In this document: positions 12,079 to 23,653 of the stretch, one piece after another
Layout: every line of letters starts with the position of its first letter
How positions within the stretch are numbered: the first letter of the stretch is position 1
Assembly (NCBI GenBank): GCA_964016885.1
Contig: OZ024744.1
Span: 109,120,001 to 109,184,000 of the forward strand
DNA length: 64,000 nt
Reading direction: 5' to 3'
Origin: Eledone cirrhosa
Taxonomy: Eukaryota
The notes under the pieces: generated by a model
Databases searched by the model: none
What the model saw: the letters and a program-made list of their open reading frames with translations, nothing else
What the model was told of the DNA's origin: nothing
Translations under genes and position numbers: made by a program

Positions 12079-14778
12079 TTTACCATGAAAATATAATAGT
12101 ATATATAGAGTATGTGAGATATTGTGTGAGGTAAAGCCTTTACCATGAAAATATAATAGTATATATAGAGTATGTGAGATATTGTGTGAGATAAAGACTT
12201 TACCATGAAAATATAATAGTATATATAGAGTATGTGAGATATTCTGTGAGGTAAAGCCTTTACCATGAAAATATAATAGTATATATAGAGTATGTGAGAT
12301 ATTGTGTGAGATAAAGACTTTACCATGAAAATATAATAGTATATATAGAGTATGTGAGATATTTATGCGAGATAAAGCCTTTACCATGAAAATATAATAG
12401 TATATATAGAGTATGTGAGATAATGTGTGAGGTAAAGACTTTACCATGAAAATATAATAGTATATATAGAGTATGTGAGATAATGTGTGAGGTAAAGACT
12501 TTACCATGAAAATATAATAGTATATATAGAGTATGTGAGATATTTATGCGAGATAAAGCCTTTACCATGAAAATATAATAGTATATATAGAGTAAGTGAG
12601 ATAATATGCGAGATAAAGACTTTACCATGAAAATATAATAGTATATATAGAGTATGTGAGATATTTATGCGAGGTAAAGCCTTTACCATGAAAATATAAT
12701 AGTATATATAGAGTATGTGAGATATTATGTGAGGTAAAGACTTTACCATGAAAATATAATAGTATATATAGAGTATGTGAGATAAAAACTTTACCATGAA
12801 AATATAATAGTATATATAGAGTATGTGAGATATTATGTGAGGTAAAGACTTTACCATGAAAATATAATAGTATATATAGAGTATGTGAGATAAAAACTTT
12901 ACCATGAAAATATAATAGTATATATAGAGTATGTGAGATAAAAACTTTACCATGAAAATATAATAGTATATATAGAGTATGTGAGATAAAAACTTTACCA
13001 TGAAAATATAATAGTATATATAGAGTATGTGAGATATTATGTGAGGTAAAGACTTTACCATGAAAATATAATAGTATATATAGAGTATGTGAGATATTAT
13101 GTGAGGTAAAAACTTTACCATGAAAACATAATAGTATATATAGAGTATGTGAGATAATTATGCGAGATAAAAACTTTACCATGAAAATATAATAGTATAT
13201 ATAGAGTATGTGAGATATTATGTGAGGTAAAGACTTTACCATGAAAATATAATAGTATATATAGAGTATGTGAGATATTATGTGAGGTAAAGACTTTACC
13301 ATGAAAATATAATAGTATATATAGAGTATGTAAGATATTATGTGAGGTAAAGACTTTACCATGAAAATATAATAGTATATATAGAGTATGTGAGATAATT
13401 ATGCGAGGTAAAGCCTTTACCATGAAAATATAATAGTATATATAGAGTATGTGAGATATTATGTGAGGTAAAGACTTTACCATGAAAATATAATAGTATA
13501 TATAGAGTATGTGAGATATTATGTGAGGTAAAGACTTTACCATGAAAATATAATAGTATATATAGAGTATGTGAGATATTATGTGAGGTAAAAACTTTAC
13601 CATGAAAATATAATAGTATATATAGAGTATGTGAGATAATTATGCGAGATAAAAACTTTACCATGAAAATATAATAGTATATATAGAGTATGTGAGATAT
13701 TATGTGAGGTAAAGACTTTACCATGAAAATATAATAGTATATATAGAGTATGTGAGATATTATGTGAGGTAAAGACTTTACCATGAAAATATAATAGTAT
13801 ATATAGAGTATGTAAGATATTATGTGAGGTAAAGACTTTACCATGAAAATATAATAGTATATATAGAGTATGTGAGATAATTATGCGAGGTAAAGCCTTT
13901 ACCATGAAAATATAATAGTATATATAGAGTATGTGAGATATTATGTGAGGTAAAGACTTTACCATGAAAATATAATAGTATATATAGAGTATGTGAGATA
14001 TTATGTGAGGTAAAGACTTTACCATGAAAATATAATAGTATATATAGAGTATGTGAGATAATTATGCGAGGTAAAGCCTTTACCATGAAAATATAATAGT
14101 ATATATAGAGTATGTGAGATATTATGTGAGATAAAGACTTTACCATGAAAATATAATAGTATATATAGAGTATGTGAGATATTGTGTGAGGTAAAGACTT
14201 TACCATGAAAATATAATAGTATATATAGAGTATGTGAGATATTATGTGAGGTAAAGACTTTACCATGAAAATATAATAGTATATATAGAGTATGTGAGAT
14301 ATTATGTGAGGTAAAGACTTTACCATGAAAATATAATAGTATATATAGAGTATGTGAGATAATTATGCGAGGTAAAGCCTTTACCATGAAAATATAATAG
14401 TATATATAGAGTATGTGAGATATTATGTGAGGTAAAGACTTTACCATGAAAATATAATAGTATATATAGAGTATGTGAGATATTATGTGAGGTAAAGACT
14501 TTACCATGAAAATATAATAGTATATATAGAGTATGTGAGATATTATGTGAGGTAAAAACTTTACCATGAAAATATAATAGTATATATAGAGTATGTGAGA
14601 TAATTATGCGAGATAAAAACTTTACCATGAAAATATAATAGTATATATAGAGTATGTGAGATATTATGTGAGGTAAAGACTTTACCATGAAAATATAATA
14701 GTATATATAGAGTATGTGAGATATTATGTGAGGTAAAGACTTTACCATGAAAATATAATAGTATATATAGAGTATGTG
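12079..14778. repeat. ~60-bp minisatellite (~45 copies; 48- and 61-bp variants)
   Basis: Unit tttaccatgaaaatataatagtatatatagagtatgtgagatattatgtgaggtaaagac. Confidence 0.96.
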
Positions 14779-14794
14779 AATGTTAAAGGGTTAA

Positions 14795-14986
14795 GGGCGG
14801 TGGATTGGCAGTATCGGTAGAGGGTCGGACACCATGCTTTGCAGCACAGTGTTACGGCCCTTTATGATCTGAGTTCAAATACCGCCGAAGTTAACTTTGG
14901 CTTTCATCCTTACGGGGTCAATAAAATAAAGTACCAGTAATACACTGGGGTAATTGCTGGCCTTGTGCCAAAAGAAGAAACAATTA
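14795..14986 (+). mobile_element. Meta-type SINE
   Basis: Same family as 5234; begins directly after the MITE's TTAA. Confidence 0.88.
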
Positions 14987-15427
14987 TGTGAGTGTGTGTG
15001 AGATTATTTTATCAATGTGTTTGTGTTAGACACTACCTTCTGCCCTATTTAATACATCACCATCACCACCGCCATCACCACCACCATCACTATCACCATC
15101 ACCACCACCACCACCATCAACACCACCACCACTGTCCACCCCGCCCCCACCACTACACCACCACCATCACTATCACTACCACCACCAGGAAGTCCTTTGA
15201 TCACAGGTATACTCAGCCATGGCTATGCTAGTGCTAAATAACAACAGGAGCAGTATCTCGTTAATGTTTCATTAACACTAATTATTTCCAGATGTGTACA
15301 TCTAACACTCATGCCATACATTTTTCGGTAAAATTCAAATATTTTTAGTGTTAAAAACTTATCTCATTAGGTTTAAATATTTTAGTGTTAATTTTCCAGC
15401 TTCTGATAATTCTAGACTTCTGCTGCT

Positions 15428-16710
15428 TCACATCTACAGCATTTCATCTCTTATCTCTCCTTATCTCACCCATCTTACATCTACAGCATTTCATCTCTTA
15501 TCTCTCCTCATCTCACCCATCTTACATCTACAGCATTTCATCTCTTATCTCTCCTTATCTCACCCATCTTACATCTACAGCATTTCATCTCTTATCTCTC
15601 CTTATCTGACACATCTCCTTACATCTATAGCATTTCATCTCTTATCTCTCCTTATCTCACCCATCTTACATCTACAGCATTTCATCTCTTTTCTCCCCTT
15701 ATCTGACACATCTCCTTACATCTATAGCATTTCATCTCTTATCTCTCCTTATCTCACCCATCTTACATCTACAGCATTTTATCTCTTATCTCTCCTTATC
15801 TCACCCATCTTACATCTACGGCATTTCATCTCTTTTCTCCCCTTTCTCTTATCTCTCCTTATCTCACACATCTCCTTACATCTACGGCATTTCATCTCTT
15901 TTCTCTCCTTTCTCTTATCTCTCCTTATCTCACACATCTCCTTACATCTACAGCATTTCATCTCTTTTCTCCCCTTTCTCTTATCTCTCCTTATCTCACA
16001 CATCTCCTTACATCTACAGCATTTCATCTCTTTTCTCCCCTTTCTCTTATCTCTCCTTATCTCACACATCTCCTTACATCTACAGCATTTCATCTCTTTT
16101 CTCTCCTTTCTCTTATCTCTCCTTATCTCACACATCTCCTTACATCTACAGCATTTCATCTCTTTTCTCCCCTTTCTCTTATCTCTCCTTATCTCACACA
16201 TCTCCTTACATCTACAGCATTTCATCTCTTTTCTCCCCTTTCTCTTATCTCTCCTTATCTCACACATCTCCTTACATCTACAGCATTTCATCTCTTTTCT
16301 CCCCTTTCTCTTATCTCTCCTTATCTCACACATCTCCTTACATCTACAGCATTTCATCTCTTTTCTCTCCTTTCTCTTATCTCTCCTTATCTCACACATC
16401 TTACATCTACGGCATTTCATCTCTTTTCTCTCCTTTCTCTTATCTCTCCTTATCTCACACATCTCCTTACATCTACAGCATTTCATCTCTTTTGTCCCCT
16501 TTCTCTTATCTCTCCTTATCTCACACATCTCCTTACATCTACAGCATTTCATCTCTTTTCTCCCCTTTCTCTTATCTCTCCTTATCTCACACATCTCCTT
16601 ACATCTACAGCATTTCATCTCTTTTCTCCCCTTTCTCTTATCTCTCCTTATCTCACACATCTCCTTACATCTACAGCATTTCATCTCTTTTCTCTCCTTA
16701 TCTCACACTC
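15428..16710. repeat. Pyrimidine-rich minisatellite (~48-66 bp units)
   Basis: Repeated catctacagcatttcatctcttttctcccctttctcttatctctccttatctcacacatctcctta. Confidence 0.95.
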
Positions 16711-16876
16711 TTTCTTGCTCTTCCTCCTTCTCTCTTTCTCACCTCTTTCCCTCTACACCTTCACCCATTATCACCCCATCTCTATCTTACTACTCCCTCT
16801 TACCTCTCATTCACCCCCTCCATCCATCTCTTTATAATCTGTATACTCACTCTTTACTGCTAACCATCATTCTCTA

Positions 16877-18330
16877 ATGCCATGTCACACCATGTCACAC
16901 AGTGACAATATTGCTATGTCACACTGTGACAATATTGCTATGTCACACCATGTCACACTGACAATATTGCCATGTCACACCATATCAAATAGTGACAATA
17001 TTTCCATGTCACACCATGTTACCCCATGTCAAATAGTGACAATATTTCCATGTCACACCATATCAAATAGTGACAATATTGCCATGTCACACCATGTTAC
17101 CCCATGTCAAATAGTGACAATATTTCCATGTCACACCATGTCACACCATATCAAATAGTGACAATATTTCCATGTCACACCATGTCACACCATATCAAAT
17201 AGTGACAATATTTCCATGTCACACCATGTTACCCCATGTCAAATAGTGACAATATTTCCATGTCACACCATATCAAATAGTGACAATATTTCCATGTCAC
17301 ACCATATCAAATAGTGACAATATTTCCATGTCACACCATGTTACCCCATGTCAAATAGTGACAATATTTCCATGTCACACCATGTCACACCATATCAAAT
17401 AGTGACAATATTTCCATGTCACACCATGTTACCCCATGTCAAATAGTGACAATATTTCCATGTCACACCATGTCACACCATATCAAATAGTGACAATATT
17501 TCCATGTCACACCATGTTACCCCATGTCAAATAGTGACAATATTTCCATGTCACACCATGTCACACCATATCAAATAGTGACAATATTGCCATCTCACAC
17601 CATGTTACCCCATGTCAAATAGTGACAATATTTCCATGTCACACCATGTCACACCATATCAAATAGTGACAATATTGCCATGTCACACCATGTTACCCCA
17701 TGTCAAATAGTGACAATATTGCCATCTCACACCATGTCACACCATATCAAATAGTGACAATATTGCCATGTCACACCATATCAAATAGTGACAATATTTC
17801 CATGTCACACCATGTCACACCATATCAAATAGTGACAATATTTCCATGTCACACCATGTCACTCCATGTCACACAGTGTCAATATTTCCATGTCACACCA
17901 TGTCACACCATATCAAATAGTGACAATATTTCCATGTCACACCATGTCACACCATATCAAATAGTGACAATATTGCCATCTCACACCATGTCACACCATA
18001 TCAAATAGTGACAATATTTCCATGTCACACCATGTTACCCCATGTCAAATAGTGACAATATTTCCATGTCACACCATGTCACACCATATCAAATAGTGAC
18101 AATATTTCCATGTCACACCATGTCACACCATATCAAATAGTGACAATATTTCCATGTCACACCATGTCACACCATATCAAATAGTGACAATATTGCCATC
18201 TCACACCATGTCACACCATATCAAATAGTGACAATATTTCCATGTCACACCATGTCACTCCATGTCACACAGTGTCAATATTGCCATGTCACACCATGTC
18301 ACTAGGTGACAATATTGCCATGTCACAGCT
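16877..18330. repeat. Minisatellite built from 10-bp subunits (catgtcacac / catatcaaat / agtgacaata)
   Basis: 40-50 bp higher-order units visible throughout. Confidence 0.95.
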
Positions 18331-18799
18331 TATGACTTAGACAACATATTTCGGGGCATCAAACAGAAATATACAGAATAGGTCCCATAAGAAAAAATTA
18401 ACTAATAAATACATGGTGGGGTTTGTTATAGAGTTGGACCTTCTGCCTGTAAATACTTTGAGGAAAAAAGCCAAGATAGAGAGAAACACAAAATAAAAGC
18501 AATAGCTATGAAGATATGTACAGATATTCCATTACAGGTCAAGCCAGACTTATCTAAGTTATTTTGCTATTTCATTATTTACTGAAAAAAAAAAGCACTT
18601 AACATGTCTAAGATGATATTTTCCACCCATATACACTGGGAGAGCAACAGTTCAATAACTAGTATATACATCATCATCATCATTTAACGGCCATTATATG
18701 TGTAGTAGTAGTAGTAGTAGTAGTGGTGGTGTATAAGGAAACATACAATATGTTTAATAATGTATAAAAATACACCCAGGCTGTATTTTAAACTGTGAT

Positions 18800-18832
<33 letters not shown>

Positions 18833-19426
18833 TCACACACACATACACTCACACACACACATACACTCACACACACATATACACTCACACACACATACAC
18901 TCACACTCACACATACACTCACACTCACACATACATACACACACACTCACTCACACACATACACACGCACTCATTCACAGACATACACACACACATACTC
19001 ACACACACACACACACACACACATACACATACATATATATAACATCATTCCAATGTAACTTAAAGAGAATGTGGGATTGGAGAATCTATTGGAAATTAAT
19101 GGAAACAAAAGTTCATGCTTGAATGATTGTTTTAGGTGGGTGAGGAGTGAGGGAAAACTAAACACCAGGAGAAACTCCTGCAAAAGAATCCCCACTCAAA
19201 GAAACAAATATTCAAACCCGCCAGTTGTATATTCACTCACTTTTAATATAACTGTCCCCTTCATAGAACTCTACCATTTTTGTAGAATGGCAGGCATTCA
19301 TGAAAAACGACTAATTATATATCATCATCACGCGCACACATATATATATACACACATATATATACATCAATATCATCATTTTACGTCTGCTTTTCCATGC
19401 TTGCATTCTTTTATCATCTCCTGTGT

Positions 19427-19459
<33 letters not shown>

Positions 19460-19465
<6 letters not shown>

Positions 19466-20945
19466 ACCAGAAGTCTCCTTGAGATTGGTGTTGTGGAGGG
19501 AGTATATGGACACTGGGTTTTTCCTCCCAAAATGCATGGTGGTGCACTTGTCCACAGCCAGCTTGAGTTGCCAGTCTGTAATCCACTTCTGCATTGTGTC
19601 CAGGTCTGATTGCCGGAAAGATCTATAGTGTTCAGGATCTGTCCTTTTTATCTCAAGGTACAGCTTGATGTCATCTGCATATTTCAGTACTGTGGCATTC
19701 TTTAAGCTGGCATCTATGTCATTAATATATGCAACAAACAAAAGGGGACCAAGAACAGATCCCTGTGGTACACCAGATGTCATCTCATAGGGTGAAGAAT
19801 GCTGTCCTAGAAACATGACTACTTCTTTTCGACTGAGAATGAAGGACTTCAACCAGTTACAAAGATCATCTCTCACACCCTTTGCAGAGAGTTTTGCCAT
19901 AAGTCTTTTGTGTGGCACAGAATTAAAAGCTTTAGCAAAGTCAAGGTAAACAACATCCACCCATGAGTCACCATCAGTGATCCAGGTGATGTCTTCAAGG
20001 AACTCGATAAGCTGATCACAGCAGCTGGAGTTAGGGATAAATCCAAATTACGAGGGCAGGATAAGACTATGAGAATTCCAGAAGTTCCAAAGTGTTTATC
20101 TGACACAGGATTCCATCAGTTTGGCAATGCAGCTAGTAAGACTGACTAAACGATAGTTGACAGGTGACATGTGATCACCTTTTTTGAACAGAGGAATAAC
20201 ACTGGCAGTTTTCCACTGTTCTGGAGTAGCACTGTTGTTCAGACAGAATTGGAAGAAGAGTGAAAGCTGGTGCAGAAGGAAGTACCCACCATGTTTGAGA
20301 AGCAGGTACGTAACACCATCAAGACCAGGAGAGGCATGGTTGCATTTATTCTTAAGGTGACATCATAGCATTGCAGGTGTAAATTCCATAGTTGTTATAG
20401 AATTTGATGTCAGAGGTGGTGGAGATGGTATGTTTTGGTTTTTATCAGTGAAAATGTCTGCATAGTATTCAGCAGTGAGTTCTCTACATTCTTTGGGGTC
20501 GTTAGTAATCTGGCTTGAGTGGGGATTACGAAGAGGACTAACTGGAGAGTGAGGTCTCTGCTTTGAATGTATATATTTACAGAACACTTTAACTGTCGGT
20601 GTTGGTTGCTGTGCACTGTTCAAATTTAAGCACTGCCTTTTTTGTCACTTGTTTGAGATGGTTGGATGATTTATTGCGCTTTTTTTCTATTAATATCTGA
20701 TCAATGCAGTTTGTATTCCCGTTCAGCCTTACGTTAATTTTTCCTAGCAAGATGGACTGCTGCAGTCTCCCAAATTGCAATTTTGGGATGTTTTGCTTAC
20801 GTGGCATCGATGCTGTACATGCAGTTCATATTGAGTTCAGGATGTTCTGGAGTACAGTATTGACATCTCCAGAGTCGTAAGACTCAAGCCAGTTTGGATG
20901 TTGTAGCTTGGTGCAGTAACAGTTCCAGTCTGCTTTATTCCAATT
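19460..20945 (-). mobile_element. Decayed CR1-type LINE RT fragment
   Basis: DVVYLDFAKAFNSVPHKRL, SGVPQGSVLGPLLFVAYINDI, KYADDIKLY, W.LKLAVDKC..MHFGRKN; frameshifted upstream. Confidence 0.9.
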
Positions 20946-20971
20946 AAAAGAATTGTCCCTCTCATTTTTAC

Positions 20972-21155
20972 AATAATTGTTTCTACTTTTGGCACAAGGC
21001 CAGTAAAAACCCAGTGTATTACTGGTACTTTATTTTATCGACCCCGTAAGGATGAAAGGCAAAGTTAACCTCGGCGGGGATTTGAACTCAGAATAGCAAG
21101 GGCCGTAACTCTATGCGTCAAAGCATGGCGTCCGACCCTCTATCGATACTGCCAA
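20972..21155 (-). mobile_element. Meta-type SINE
   Basis: Same family, reverse orientation. Confidence 0.86.
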
Positions 21156-21404
21156 ACAATAATGTCACTTTGACGGATCAAAGAAAGGGGGGAAAAAAAA
21201 GAAAAACAAACCCTAAAATATATTTTCCGTGCTATTTCCAACTTCACCTTTTCTCTCTCTCTCTCTCTTTCTATATATATAAATAACCCCCACCTCAAAA
21301 TAAATATATACAGTATACCTCCTGCATTCACGGTTCCAATTATTTCTGGAATTTTCCTTAGAACCCAACTAATAATTGTCTGTAGAAAACCACTGCATAT
21401 TCAA

Positions 21405-21729
21405 ACTACTGTTGTTGCTGCTGTTGCTGTTACTGCTACTACTACTACTACTGCTGCTGTTATTACTACTACTGCTGTTGTTGTTGCTGCTACTATTACT
21501 ACCTCTACTACTACTGCTGCTATTGCTGCTGCTGTTACTACTACTGCTGTTGTTGCTGCTACTACTACTACTGCTGCTGCTGTTATTACTACTACTGCTG
21601 TTGTTGTTACTGCTGCTGCTACTACTACTACTACTGCTGCTGCTGCTACTACTACCATTACTACTACTACTACTGCTACTACTACTACTACTACTACTGC
21701 TGCTGCTACTACTACTGCTACTACTACTG

Positions 21730-21764
<35 letters not shown>

Positions 21765-21945
21765 GCTGTTGTTGTTACTGCTGCTGCTACTACTACTACT
21801 ACTGCTGCTGCTACTACCATTACTACTACTACTACTGCTACTACTACTGCTGCTGCTGCTGCTACTACTACTATTGTTGCTGTTACTACTACTGCTGCTG
21901 CTGCTACTACTACTACTGCTACCACTACTACTACCATTACTACTG
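21405..21945. repeat. Compound (CTA/CTG)n trinucleotide repeat
   Basis: Direct inspection. Confidence 0.95.
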
Positions 21946-22575
21946 ACTCATTTACAGTGAGTCCTGGGTGCTCTTTACTGTGGGGGCTACATGTCCATTT
22001 TACAGTGTGGGCTGGGTGCTTTTTTGCCGTGGCACCTCCACAACCACTCTGCAGTGGGAGGAATGGGGGCATATTGTCTATATGCTTCAACTTCGGCTTG
22101 TACCCTTGGGAAGCTGGGTCTTCTGTATTACTATGTGATGCCAGAGGTCACGGTCGTGTGTCATTGCCTTTGAGAGGTGCAATTGTGCAAGGTCAGCTTT
22201 TATCACCTCATCCCAGGTCTTCTTGGGTCTCCCCACTCCGAGGCTTCCATCTGACTTTGAGCTCTCTGCACCTTTTTATGCAGCTGTCATCCTTCATATG
22301 CATCACATGTCCATACCAACACAACCTCCTCTACTGCACACAGCATCTAATAATTCTTCGTATGCTTAGTCTCTCTCTCTCTCAATTTGTTTATGCTTTG
22401 CCGTTCGCGTATATTACTATTACACATCCATCGGAGCATGTAAGCTTCATTTCTTTCTAATCTACACAAGTCTTCTACACACAACGCACAGGTCTCACTA
22501 CTGTGTAACATTGCTGTTCGTATACACACATCATACAGTCTGCCTTTCATTCTGAGGGAAAGCCTTTTGCAGCTA
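21946..22575 (-). mobile_element. RTE LINE 3' fragment
   Basis: MKGRLYDVCIRTAMLHSSET..RLERNEAYMLRWMC; homologous to about 23815-24430. Confidence 0.88.
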
Positions 22576-23301
22576 AATAATACATTCTACAATTTAGTGG
22601 TTCACCAGGCCCCTAAGGCAAACTGAACTTAAAAACAATAATGTGACAAATGATGATAATGAACATTCGACTTTACTTGTAGACATATAAATGAAGTGAA
22701 ATTTACAGCTCACACCTATGTATGTTTAGCTAACCTCTTATCACAAAGGAGGTTTGTCAGGTGTTTTAATGATAGGGACCCCAGTCCTATCATGTAGTTA
22801 CAGCTTACACCTATGTAGGTTTAGCTAACCTCCTATAAAGGAGTATCTCAAAGGAGGTTTGTCAGGTGTTTTAATGATAGGGACCCCAGTCCTATCATGT
22901 AGTTTGAATGTCTTAACATAAATTTGCTTGCAACATAACTTAAAAAGAGTTCTAACATAAAATTATAAAGGAAAGTTGTTTTTATATATATATAAATATA
23001 AACAGTGTAAAAGAAATATGAATAAAATTCTACGATTTTGTATTGTATTTTATTTATCTATTGTTGGTTTGTCTTTGAAAGACTTTGGCAGTTTTAGTAA
23101 TGGAGGACTATTCGGTGTATGTTGAGGCACACTTAACTACTTGGTGAAAGAACATAGCTACATTCTGTCACATTCTATGGCAGGAGGTGGCTGTTTTCAG
23201 GTAGGAATTGTCAGAATAATTATCGTTGGCAGGGTAACATTAGAGCTTTCATTCAGGCACTTATAAAGGCAGAAAATCAAATTCACTTGATATATATATA
23301 T

Positions 23302-23334
<33 letters not shown>

Positions 23335-23498
23335 GTTTAACGTCCATCTTCCACACTTGCATGGGTTTGGATGGGAATTTTCCCACTTGAGGCAAGATTG
23401 GTTGTGTTGCTCGTATAGGACTGTCTGGCACGTTTACAGTGTATATATATATACCAATGATATTAAATAAATGGAAACTATATTTATAAAACCATATT

Positions 23499-23559
23499 TA
23501 TTCTATTATATATATTTCAAGGGTACCAAAACTTTGGTACGCTCTCATCAGATAAAATA
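23499..23559 (-). ncRNA. Minimal type I hammerhead ribozyme (Penelope pLTR type)
   Basis: Minus strand: tattttat CTGATGA gagcgtaccaa-agtt-ttggtaccctt GAAA t-atat-a TA^atagaata. 8-bp stem I; palindromic tetraloop in stem III. Near-identical inverted copy of the 31191 motif. Confidence 0.85.
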
Positions 23560-23610
23560 CAAAGTTTGATTTGTTGAATTACCAACAAATTAAATATCCC
23601 CTTTGCTTAC

Positions 23611-23645
<35 letters not shown>

Positions 23646-23653
23646 AATATATA

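Larger units (their letters stand above)
11247..14794. mobile_element. piggyBac-like MITE inflated by internal tandem arrays
   Basis: TTAA-ccctttaatattca (11247-11264) ... tgaatgttaaaggg-TTAA (14777-14794): 14-bp TIRs with 1 mismatch and TTAA flanks. Confidence 0.7.

Noticed and set aside
11287-14778. Regular arrays as possible CRISPR
   Set aside because: No unique spacers, no cas genes, eukaryotic context; ordinary tandem repeats. The same applies to 34720-36075 and 37391-38140.
15348-16877. 509-aa and 301-aa (MKCCRCKEMCEIRR) ORFs resembling cysteine-rich proteins
   Set aside because: Both are frames of one 66-bp pyrimidine-rich minisatellite.
22186-22197. gCAAGGTCA resembling an ERR response element
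   Set aside because: Imperfect match to TCAAGGTCA inside a decayed LINE; expected by chance.
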